The notes beneath the pieces are model-generated. The model made no database searches, had not been told where the DNA came from, and worked only from the letters and a program-made list of their open reading frames with translations. Below are positions 36,167 to 48,482 of a stretch of DNA of 64,000 bases, piece by piece (the stretch's first letter is position 1; each line of letters opens with the position of its first letter). The DNA is taken from NCBI GenBank assembly GCA_964252035.1, contig OZ176205.1. One strand, 5' to 3'. A program made the position numbers and the translations under genes. The stretch is from Podarcis erhardii (Eukaryota).

Positions 36167-36404
36167 GGTATGGGTAGGCAAACTAAGACCTGGGGGCTGG
36201 ATCTGGCCCAATCGCCTTCTAAATCCAGCCTGCAGACGGTCCAGGAATCAGCGTGTTTTTACTTGAGTAGAATGTCTCCTTTTATTTAAAATGCATCTCT
36301 GGGTTATTTGTGGGGCCTGCCTGGTGTTTTTACATGAGTAGAATGTGTGCTTCTATTTAAAATACATCTCTGGGTTATTTGTGGGGCATAGGAATTCGTT
36401 CACA

Positions 36405-36438
<34 letters not shown>

Positions 36439-36457
36439 ATAGTCCAGCTGACCCCTG
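36167..36457. mobile_element. hAT-type MITE (degenerate, internal duplication and CA repeat)
   Basis: gtaggcaaactaagacctgggggctggatctggcccaatcgcc...gctgacccctg; homologous to 51964-52219. Confidence 0.7.
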
Positions 36458-37602
36458 GCTTAGGGCATGCTATAAATGCAATATTGTGCTCGCTGCAGTT
36501 CTCCAGGCAGTAAGAGTTCCAGGGCTGCAGCATTTACTCTGCTTTCATTACTTTTGGAAGGCAATCTCTAGAGATGTACTGGCATAATATTTGGTTTATT
36601 TACAAATACACATTTTGAGCATAGATGGAAAAATAGCTCAAACACACAACAGACAACCAGAACCCACCATATCAAATCTCCAGCAGCCAAGGATTTATAC
36701 AGAACTCCAACTCAGCTTATTTCCTCTTACTTAAACTGCAGTCTATTTTTTTGTTCTCTTTCAGACAGAGATAAGCTGCTCCCATCCCTAGCTTGCCTTC
36801 TTAGTTCCCATTGAGACAGGCTGCTGGGATATCTATGCTATCAACATCCTTTTGATAAACTTAAGCGAATGGCCAGGTGTTACCCCAGAAAGGAACCCAC
36901 ACTTCATAGAAATCTGATAGGAAACCCGTAACTAAAATTACCTTAGAACCAGGCTTCAAGGAGGTGGGAGGGGTTAGGAGAAAGGAGGCAGATTTTTTTT
37001 TAAAGAGCTGTGGGTTTTCCTACACTGACTCATACAGAGTAGAAGTTTCTTAAACTAGAAACAATATGCTGTTCTCAAATTATTGGTAATGTAGGTCACC
37101 AACTGCTTCTCTTCCCCCCTCTCAGTTGATTCATGCAGCAGTAAATTCTGAATAAGATACATTAGGGAAGAAGGAAAGTTTTATTCTGCAACTATTAGTA
37201 ATGAAATCAAGTTAAGCGTGGAACTGGGACACATGGCCTGATGAAGAATAAGGTAAATCTATCAATATCTTCAAGACAATTGATATGCCTGAACTATGTG
37301 GGGTTGTTTTCCAAATCTTTGTTAGCAGGGTTAAACTACAGTGTATCACAGCTTTTTTTGACTATGCTGTTAATAGGTGGGTGTACATATTTTCCACAAC
37401 AGCTAAAAATTATTAGCATTTGACTGTTATAAAATTTCAGAGCATGCAATGTTAAGATGTTTTGTGCTAAGCTGGTATAATAGAGATGGTCTTGATCTTC
37501 CCATAGACATCAGTTCTTCCTGTTTGACAGGCTTATCCCTTTTTTATCACCTGCCTCTGTTAAGATATTGCTTTTAATCTTTCCCTTGCTTTATTATACG
37601 TA

Positions 37603-37844
37603 CAGTGGTACCTCAGGTTAAGTACTTAATTCATTCCAGAGGTCTGTTCTTAACCTGAAACTGTTCTTAACCTGAAGCACCACTTTAGCTAATGGGGCCT
37701 CCTGCTGCTGCCGCGCCACCAGAGCACGATTTCTGTTCTCATCCTGAAGCAAAGTTCTTAACCCAAGGTACTATTTCTGGGTTAGCGGAGTCTGTAACCT
37801 GAAGCGTATGTAACCTGAAGTGTATGTAACCCGAGGTACCACTG
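37603..37844. mobile_element. Tc1/mariner MITE copy 2 (inverted relative to copies 1 and 3)
   Basis: TA|cagtggtacctcagg...ccgaggtaccactg|TA. Confidence 0.88.
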
Positions 37845-39597
37845 TACACACATCTACACTAGAGTTCTTTAGGATATAGATCCCTCCCCGGACAGATGTG
37901 GTGAAGCATGTACTAGTGCTGAAGCATTCTATTTTAAGATTAAATATTATTTAGATAAAGGTTACATGCCCTCTTGCTGTCCCTAGCTATCAGAGATGGT
38001 CCCTGTTCTTGTTACCTATCCTGTAGGTAACCTTGTAAATCACTGTTCCTATTTTGTCCCTGGCTTTGCTTGTTGGGGATGCCTTGCTTTTGTCAGTGTG
38101 AGCTGCTTGAATTCTGTTTTTTTCAGAGTTCTGCTCTTCCAGCCGGGTTCTCTGCAAGCGAGATCTCTTGTGGAGAGTGTTAGCAGGACTGTTTGTGTCC
38201 CTAATCACACATCAGAGAAACATGCGTATCTACAGATGTAGCTTCAGAAGCAAGATATCTAGGGATCTTTTATCCAGAGTCATTGCACGTCACTGGGGAC
38301 ACTGCACTGCAACTTTAAATCTCTTTAATTAAATGGGGGAAATCAACAAGGAACACTGAATCCCCATTTCAAAGTTCCAAGAGAAAACCTGCATTTAATT
38401 ACAGCACTCAAACAGCATTTGAGAGTAGGATAGTTTTATGTCCTCACTCCTGAATTACAAAATTCAGTGTGTACGGAATAATAAAGTGGTTCAAGTAAAA
38501 TTGTACAAAGACTACCCAAACCATTTAACTGCTTGCTATGATAAAAACAGGAATAGAGGTAGGGAATCTTACTGTTGCAGTTGCACCTCCTAATAGCTGG
38601 TACAGCAGGATTAGAGGTGAGATGGACACTATTGCTAGAGACAGGATGAACTTTAAACTAAGTTTATTGGTTTATTAAAGGGGTGCATAAGGAAATACTG
38701 GTATTTTCACTAGGGTCTTAAAGGTGCATGTTACTGCCTCCCTTCTCCTGATGTTCACCTGACAAACAAGACAGTGGGTATTAATATTTAGCCCTCATCT
38801 TTCTTTGGAAACCCTCACACCTCCCTCATCGGCTCCCTTCTCCTGAAACTCCTCCAGCTGTAAAATCTCAACTGTCTGAAAGCTCCCTCCAATACTTATG
38901 AAAATGACCTTTTCATACCCTTAAATGTAGGTCAAACCTACATTTAACTTGGAATCCAAAGAAATGAACCAAAGAACCACTCAACTGCTTCTACAATACC
39001 AAAGGAGTTTGGGGATGGGATGATGGGTTTGCGGGGAGGTAAAAGTTAAGCATTGAGTTGCTCTTTCCACCCCAGCCTTCTTGTCAGCCTCGCTGATGTG
39101 GTCCAAAGGAAAGCAGAGCAATACATTTGGCACCAGCTGGGCTGCAGGAGTTGCTGGAAGGAGATGTGCAAGGTGTCATCCAACCCTCTTAGGGACTCTA
39201 CTCCAGATTTGTGTAGGGTTTACTCCTTAGCCTTTTCTTATCCTGAAGATATGCTGCAAGGTCTCTCCTAGATGGGCTACCTTCCCATCTGTCCCTTACT
39301 TCCCTCTACAACATGTGCAAAAAAGCCTTCTTGACCACTGGACCCACTATTTGTCTCATCCACTCAATCTGCTGGAGCCAGTCTTCACTTGCAAAGGAAG
39401 TTCTTAACTTACCGAGGGTCTGAGGCCCATCAACTACTCTCACCTGGTTTAGCTAGCCAGTCAAAGTCATTCCTGTGTTGTGGGCACCGCCGCATGCTGA
39501 CAGCTTCTAGGAGCCACAGGTGAAAGCTGAGTGCAGAGTGGGGACCAAAGGTGGACAAACTGCCCCAGAAAGGTACGTCTTCCACCAGAGGTACTAC

Positions 39598-39812
39598 CAG
39601 TGCTATTTTTCTAGAAAAAGAGGTGCCAGAACCAGTGCTTTTTCTGGGGGGTACTCAAGGGTATGCAGTACCAGCACTTTTTCCCCTGGAAGAAAAGCAC
39701 TGGCTGGAACTCACCATGAAAGCCTTCCTTGTTCTCTTATAAGGGCGCTGGTGCCCACCTGGAAGGTGCTGGAACTGAGTTCTGGTGAGTTCTGGCTGGG
39801 GAAAAACCCCTG
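39598..39812. mobile_element. hAT-type MITE containing a nested 70-bp MITE (39633-39702)
   Basis: Inner TIRs cagtgctttt/aaaagcactg flanked by gccagaac/gctggaac. Confidence 0.55.
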
Positions 39813-40266
39813 GGTTCCCTGCCCTAACATACCATCCACCTCAAGTTTCACATTTTCATATACAGTATTCTTCATTCATGTATCCCAATGTTACCTCCTG
39901 AGGTTATCTTAAAATAGAAACATCCTTATATAACTATTGTCCAGCAGGATAATATAAGGCACAAATGAATATTCACTGTACTTAGAAGTTGTCACAAGGC
40001 CTAACCTACATTCAGTGTACTTTTGTTAATGAAGTTTTGTTAACAATTTTGTACTAATTAAAGAGGTAAGTATGGTTGCAGAAACTTATTTCCTATGACA
40101 ATTTCACCGCTTCCAGTTGAATAGGTCCTTGTTCAACATTCTGCCATTGATGTTTTATGGCATTATTTTTCTTTACTCTTTAGGAAATAGTTTAATAGAA
40201 AAAGCCCATAATTTATTTTCCTTTGTTTTTATGCACTGCTTTTTTTTTGCAGATGACATCGTTAGA

Positions 40267-40366
40267 ATGAAGGTTACAGCTAACATTTTAGTGGTGTTAT
40301 ACATACTCTTCTGCAAAATATGCCAAGTCGTCCTTTCTCACCATTGTTCAGCAGTTACAGAGCAAG
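40267..40366 (+). CDS. IL23R: IL23R signal-peptide exon (3' boundary uncertain)
   Basis: Acceptor tttttttgcag| at 40252; MKVTANILVVLYILFCKICQ resembles human IQWDAVIALYILFSWCHG; no clean phase-1 GT donor. Confidence 0.6.
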
Positions 40367-43300
40367 TTAAGTATTATGTCTTCTAAGACACTGGGAGATA
40401 ATGAATTTGTGAAATCTAGAAATTTATATCAGCTGCCGTGTTTCCTATATGCAAGCCTTCAATGGAGCCAGCGTAGGATTTGGCTACTTGGCAATATAGC
40501 ACATAGAGTCAGTCAAATCTCAGTTCAGATATCGGTCTGAGTGGTTTCGGTAAAGTGGCCAGGCTAACTGAGTGTACCTGACACTCAGTGAAAGGTCTCA
40601 GTGAAATGGATAAAAATCCTTTGTCAAATTAAACATCCAAGTTACAAAGCTTATAGACCCCTAGCACTTATATTTGTGCAAATGTGGAGATTTGCTCACA
40701 GTGCGCTCAACCTTTTGAGCCAATACTGGTTATTAACTTGGGTTGCATATGGACGTACCTACCTACAGGGACCAGTGTGGGTTTTTCTGCTGTAGCCATG
40801 CTCTGCTTCCCCCTTCTCTCTGGTATTAACACATCTACCTTTACCCAGGGTTTTAGTTTTCCTTAAAAATATGTGTATCTGGTTTTTCTTTCTTGGCCAA
40901 TTTGAATTGTTGTGGTTTTTTTTTGTTGTTTTTTTTAAAATGTGAAACATTGCTCCAGGAAGAAGTGGGGAAGTGGCTTTGAGACTGGTTGGGCTTGTCA
41001 TAACTGGCAATCTTTCTGTGCAGCTGCTTCTGGAAACAGAGTTGTGTACAAACTATACCTGTAAAGCACATTCGAAACACATTCTTTTCCTCAATGAATC
41101 ATGGGCACTGTACTTCTCCCATGCCCCACAGAATTCCAATTCCCAGTAAACCTTAGCAAACGATAGTGCCCAGAATTATTTGAGGGAAAGAATGTGGTTC
41201 AAATGTGATATAAGGATATAATGTGTACACTTACCCTAGTTGCTGCTTAGCTTGATTCTTTGATGGAAGGATGAATACAGGTACACAGAGGGTTAACCCA
41301 TCAAGCTATGCATTTCTGTACCTATCATTCCTTCACTGCCTAGGGTTCCAATTTTGAATTCCCACATCCTATGGATGAAAAGATTTCCGAGGACGTGACA
41401 CATACTGTAAGAACACGAGAGCTGCCAGATTAGGCCAATGGCCCTTCTAGTCCAGCATGCTGTTCTCACAGTGGCCAGCCAGATCTACTTATGGGTAGCC
41501 CACAAGCAGGACATCACTGCTACATTCCTCTGCCCACCTGCAACTGGTATGCAGAGGCACACTGCCCCGACAGTGGAGGCAGCACATAGCCATTGCGGAT
41601 AGTAGCCATGCCATAGTTTAACTATATGCTGTGTGAGGAAGTACTCCTTGGGTTCCAGTGTTAGGAGAGAGGAAGAAAAATATTTTTGTATCCATCTTAG
41701 GCATGATTTCAGCATTAGGGTCATTCAACAGACAACTGAAGGCTGACCTGGAGAACCTTCATGTAAACAGTAGGGTTGCCATATTGCAAAAAGTAAAAAC
41801 CAGGACACCCCAAATGATTTTCCAATTGATTTGCCTAAGATCCAGGACAAAGTACCCCATTTCAGAAATCCCACCCAGGCATCAATTCTGCCTTTGAAAT
41901 CCCAGTAGAGTCCAGGAAAATCCGGGTGTATGGCAGTCCTGGTAAACAGGGAACATGATAAATTACCAAACATTTGTTGAGTACCTATATTCTCCTTGTT
42001 ACTAGTAGATGTACTCAGCAAAGATGCTTGAGAATTGGGCCATCAACCCATGAGGGCCAAAAGGAAGGACTAGATCTTAGGGGAACACATGGAACTGAAA
42101 TACAGGGTGGGGGGTGAAGGCAGCGATCCTCTGCACACTTACATGGGAATAAGCCTCATTAAACTGAGTGAGATTTACTTCTGAGTGAACATGCTTTGGA
42201 TTGCAATACAAATCAGGGATTTCCTTATAGAGCTCTATGGAGAGTAAACGTTGTCTTCAAACACATGGGACCCACACTCAGAAGAAGTGTAAGTCAATGG
42301 TTAGAGATTTAAGATATGTTAATGTCGTTCTCAGTTAGATATTGCTGAAAATGTGTAGAAACATGGTTCTAGGATGTGCTTTCCGTCTCCTACTCATATC
42401 ATTCCCAAAAATACATTTGTCAGCAGTGATGAAGGGCTCTAATCTTATTTTTAAAATAGTATTTGTATTTTCAGCGATTCAGCTCAAACTGCCATTTCCT
42501 TTTTGATAAAAATCATTTAAAAGGTTATCTTTTTCCTTAGTCAAAAGAGAATTAGTTTATGCCTCTAAATAGATTCCTCAGTGCTTTATCATTAAAACCA
42601 TTAAGACAAAAATAAAATAAAATAAAATATATGAGCAGTAGGAGACTGGCTAGGGAGGTGGTTGGACCTTTGGATGACCAGAGAGCTCAAGGTGTGCTAA
42701 AAGAAGATAAGGAGATTGTAGAGAAGCTAAACCAATTATTTGCAAATTTCTTCACGGTAGAAGATAAATGGCAGGAATGGAGTCTGAGGAACTGAAGCAA
42801 ATAGTGGTGATAAGAGACAAAGTTCTAGGCCTTACTGGCAAAATGAAAACTGAAAAATTACCGGGTCCGAATGGTATCCACTCAAGTGTTCTAATAAAAC
42901 TCAAATATGAATTAATTTTCTAACAAAAGTATGGAACTTGTCCCTAAGTCCCTCGATACCTGAGGACTTGTCAAACATTTCAGATTGTGCTTGTTGCTCT
43001 ATCTTTTCAAGATTTTATTAGATTTTGGGTTTATAGGAGTACCACTGAAATGTTTTGGCCAGATAGTGGGTACCTGATTAGGTTGCGTATGTTTTTTTTT
43101 TAAAAAAAAAAATTGCTAAGATATTTATGGCAATTAATTTATTTCTCCCCCTCAGATACTATACATTGTCCTGGGAAGGTGTGGACGGAACCAGATTCAA
43201 CGATTCCAATGGGCCAGAATATTACTATAAACTGCCATTCCGATAAAGATGTCTGTCAGAATGCTAAAAAACGTATGCTTCTCAATCAAAGGGAGGTCGA

Positions 43301-46300
43301 GGACAGATTGGTGTTGGTTATAAACAAAACTACAGTTCAACTTCAGCTTCATAATTATAACATTTCATTTTCCACAGTCATTTGTTATAGTGTATGTCCT
43401 CCAGAAAAAAGCCAAATAATATGTGGAACAGAATTTTGTGTGGGCCGTAAGTAATTTATGTGTATGCTGTGTAGGTAATTTTGCTGCTTGTAATTCATTT
43501 CCGTTAATTTGGGAAGTAAAATGAGTTATTGATTGAAATGATCAGCCACTGAGGCAAGCATTTGATGAAGTAAACTATAGTCTACAAAATCTTATGCAAT
43601 ATTAAAACTGCTAGTATTTAAAGGCATCACAAGACTCTTTGCTGTGTGTTTTGGCAAAAGACTAACAAGGCTACCCCTTTGGAAATATGCGAGGATGACA
43701 TTTTGCTGGTGGGGCTTTACATTTTTAATTTAAAAATTATTAGCTAAGGGCTTTGATCTTAGGCTGCAGTACTAAACACTCATAATATCTAGGGAACAAG
43801 CCCACTGAACACAGTAGTACTTACTTAGGCCTAAACTTGTTACTCAACAGCAGTAGCTGCTTTATTTATAATTTTACATTTTTTGGTATTTTTGATATTG
43901 CACGCTGCTTTGCTATTACATATGAAAAAGTGTGTGTGTGTGTGTAAAAAATTAAGATCGCACTGCCAAACACATTGATATAAGTTTCACTGACTCAGTA
44001 ACATGTATATTTATATTAAGTAACTTCTACTGTATGCAGTGGAGCTTACTCTGAAATTAACGTGCATAGAAATGTCTTGTTTCCAAGTGAATAATATATT
44101 ACTACAGCCAACAACAATTTCAATACATGCCACTGGTTGTATAAATTAACAACTATTACCGTGAACACTTTTCCATTGATAGTTTACGGTATATCACTAG
44201 CCTCAGTAGCATATTTGGACATACTTCAGTTGGCTTATAATATTGAACCACTGGGAGGAGAGATGCCCACTAGCTGAAAAGTTAAGGCAGATCCGAAGAA
44301 GAAGAGCTCTGAGCTTTAACTTCAGACCAGTAGACTTCACAGCTTGGGCATAAAGATGGTTTAAAAGATGAGCAAAACCTAATCTTACAGTGCTTTTAAA
44401 AATGGCCAGTATTGGCCATTTCTGAGGTAGATTTAAAACAGGACATTATCCTGTAAGCTGTTTCAAGCTTTGACCTTAGAACAACGAATTGCAAGATAAT
44501 AAAGGATTGCATAGTGGTTGCAGAACATTTTAAAATTCTTTGCTAGACTGGTAGCCCACTCCTAAACTACATACCTATAAGTGAACCCCATTCACTTCAG
44601 TATAACTTTCACATTAGTGTGCTCAAGACTGCAACTTCAAACTGCTTAGATTGTTCTATTTCTTCTTAAGGAAAATAGCTCTTTTAAAAGTATTTGGAAA
44701 AGATGTGATTTAGAGTAACAGAAGACATGATAAAGTATTTAGTCACATGATAAGCCACCCACTAACTACCTTTATGTGTTTTGAATCAACAGAATCTTAC
44801 ATGCTTTGTAATTTGTAGATTCACCGGACATGCCAGCCAACTTAACCTGTGTTGTATATGAGTATTCGGATAATATGACATGCACTTGGGACCCAGGCAA
44901 GAACACACAACTAAACACTAGGTACAACCTATACTTGAAAAGGTAAGAAAGTGGATTGAAGCATCTATCTCAAATCAGACTAGATGACCCTCAGGGTCCC
45001 TTCCAGCTCTATGATTCTATGATGAATTTCAACAGTTTTGCATATTTTTTAATGGAAAGTAGCCTTTAGCGGGCTGCAGTTTTGAGCAGAAAAGCAATGG
45101 GTAGGAGGGTGCTTGGTGCTTTTCTCAGCATCATTTTGCTATACATAATCACCACTAGCTTCTGGCCACCCCCACAGAACTTCAGATGATTATTTACAAG
45201 TGTAAATATGCACCTGGAACTGGGTGGGTGACTGTGGAGAGAGGCAGAGATCTGGCTGGGGTGAACGTTTGCAGCTCACTGTAAAACACTTAAGTAAATC
45301 AGCACTCCACTGCTTAAAAATGCAGCCTTCCAAGTCCGGTTCTTTTTTCCCTGTTCTTTTTTAAAGTACATACAAAACATTGTTGGGAAGCTATGTGAGA
45401 AGAATTTGCAGGTAATGTCAAGCTTGCTCCTAAAACTAGGTTAACTGTGAGTTCAACCAAAGATTAAGACATGACAAAGCTGCAACTGACATTGTGGTCT
45501 GACTATGTGGACTAAACCTGTGGTGAGAGACAACTCACAAACCAGTGACGATCGTGCATGTGGTGTAGTGCTGATGACTGAAAAAAAGCCGGTGTCCTAC
45601 TTACATTTTCAGGGAGTGGGGGCGGGGGGGGGGGCGAGCGCAGGTCACCAGAGGTGTCCTTTTGGTGGTAGTCATGATTCACCTCTTATATCAGAGTTCC
45701 ACGCTCAGCAGAAGCGGCAAACATGCTTCAATCTGCAGTCTAGCAGCATGTGCTTTGGCTGAAATTAGTTTCAAGCAGCCAAGGATGGTTGGAGCTTGTA
45801 TAACACTTGAACAGCAGGTCCACAGTCTGCGATGAAAATGCACTTTCAACATGAGTTTCAAAAATAATTTGCGATATGCGATGGCCCAGGGTGGTTCCAA
45901 CTCAAACCCAGTATGTGGGGTGGAGTGTCAAAAGTCCCCAAAACTCTCTTAAAATAGCTTCTCCCAGTCTGTTTTTGTATTACTATTTTTTTGCAAATAT
46001 ACCGTAAACATTATGGCAGCAAATAGGCATGACCCAGACACAGTAAAAAAACAACAACAAAACTCTTGTTCTGCTCACTTCATTCAGGGGATAAATTTGC
46101 TTTGGGCCAAATGGCATGTTACATGGCAGGTCAGTCATCATCTAATTATGGATGAGTGTGATGACCTGGTGTAGATACTGAGATATGAGTAGGAGAGATG
46201 GGTGGGCAGTCCTTACCCTGCTCTGTCTCACTGGATATTTGGTGCAGCACAGACCTTGGCTAGAGGGCCAGGGAAGTGGGTTTGCTGCTGTTCACAATTT

Positions 46301-48443
46301 GTTCTCCCTCACTGGGAAATCTCTGCCTTGGGCAGCATCTGAAGTTGCGTTTTAAGAGACAGGGATATTGTTGGTATGCTGTCCACCCAGCTGCGCAACA
46401 TTCTTCCTGACCAACCTGGCTAAGGTCATCTTGAGAATGGTATTGGTGGATCCCAGACAGTAATTCTGGGTGACTTCAGCATCCATGGCGAAGTTGCCAT
46501 TGGCCTCACCGTTTAATCACAGAAAGGAAGAGGCAAGGGGCCACATGCCTCTAAAACAATGTTAGAACAATACCTACTTCTTATTAATAATATTTTGTTG
46601 CTTTTTGTTTTTTTATCTACTTTTATATGTTTAAATATTTTAGTATGGTTAACAAGGCTTTTAGGCCTTTTGGCTAAGATCAAGTATAATGCAATCTTCT
46701 TTTTCAAAAGCAGCTACTTTAGATTTTTAGTTTACAGTTACAGGAGAGTAATATGCTTCTTGACTGTTTGATCTTTATAGTTTTCAGGGAGAAGAAAATA
46801 AAACATTTCCGGCAAACAATGCTTCAGGTACCATCCCTCTGAATCAAATGGGGAAAAACAAAACATTTTATGTTGGGGTCTACGCTGAAAATCACTTAGG
46901 AACAAACAACTCAGAAGAACTGTATGTTCACCTTGATGATCTAGGTAGTGTGCAGTAATTTCTAAACTTTATTTTTTAAAAGCTGGTTTTGTTTTTAGTC
47001 TAGTATATGACTAAATTTATAAGATTAAGGTCATGATGGAAGATTCGAGAATAGAGTGGCTGGGGAAACCCAGACAGATGGGAGGAGTATAAATAATAAT
47101 AAAATAATAATAGTAATAATAATAATAATTACCTACAAGATGCTCCAACCTATTAATGCCTCCTAATAGGAATATTGGTAGCCAGCCATGCCCACCTACA
47201 GCAGACAAGTCTACACAGCCCCAAATTTCTCCTATTCCCCTCACCATCTGTCAACATTCTGCAGCTATTGAGCCTGCTGAGTACCCACTGGTCTATTTTT
47301 GTTGAGATTTGTCCCCTTAGTTTATTCTGTACTGCTGCAAACCTCTTGTTTTTACAGAGGCCCTCAGCACCTGAGTTTGCTATTAAAAGGAATGATACTT
47401 CTAATGGTTCACAGATACTTGGTGTATATTTATACACATGATCTTAGGTCCAATCTTTGCTCTGTGGATTCTTCTGTCCTGAGAGCTGAAGAGGTTCTTC
47501 CATGAGTGCCTCTTCCTTCTTGTGGGTGCAGGTTTCAACATGCCGTTGCTATAATTTGAAAGAGGCAGTAGTTTTATGGCTATAGTGCTTTGCTCAACTA
47601 CTGGAGACTGCATGATTGATGCCTTGTCTACATTAGGAGTGTGCTCAGATAACAGCTATGCATACTATAAAAGAGGAAGTACAGGAAACAGAATTGCATA
47701 TAGCCTGAAGTTACATTGGGTTTTGTGCAGCACACACCTTCCGCAATTCCAAACCCAACCACCCTAATTTCTTAATCTGCTGTTTATCCTATTGGGGATC
47801 AGAATAGCACTAAGAGATTGTTTCACTCACTGCTGAGCTGAAACAGATTAAACCAGGACCTGGCCTTCAGAATTCATACTGAGAATGTTTAGAAATTAGT
47901 TGTCCCATTTAATTCATCCAGAGCTATTTGGCTTGCTAGCTGGGTTCTGTGCTGCACCTGTCCTATGCATGTGGCAGACAGTGATCTTGGCTTGTGGTCC
48001 AATACTTAAATGCTTGAGGTAAAAAAAAGCTAGAATCAACTACACATAGAGCAACATCTTCTTTGGCGATCACTCGTAGCCGAGTAAGATTGTCTTCCAT
48101 AAACACGGTTTTAACAATGAGTCCGTAAGTGACTGTGGAGGCCAATTCTGGATCCACACAGGGGACATTGGTTCCCGGGTGGAAGTTGATCACGGTGTAG
48201 ATTTGCCAAGCGTGCCTTCCTCTTAGCACGTTTCTCCCTTGCGTTCTGAGTTCGAGTGTCTTCAAAGTCCATGACACCTTTGGTAAAGGCTGTTCCATAC
48301 ATCCCAGTTAGCCACTAGGACATAATTCCTCTGAGTTGGTTAAACTGGCCTTCTGAAATGTACTCCTTTTGCCTTTCCTCCAGTTGCTCCCTGACCTTGT
48401 TTGCAGACGACCTTGGTTTTAATTCTTGAAATGAAAGGCAATA

Positions 48444-48482
<39 letters not shown>

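Noticed and set aside
33121-36587. ORFs with THTHTH / CVCVCV runs
   Set aside because: Translations of CA/TG microsatellites.
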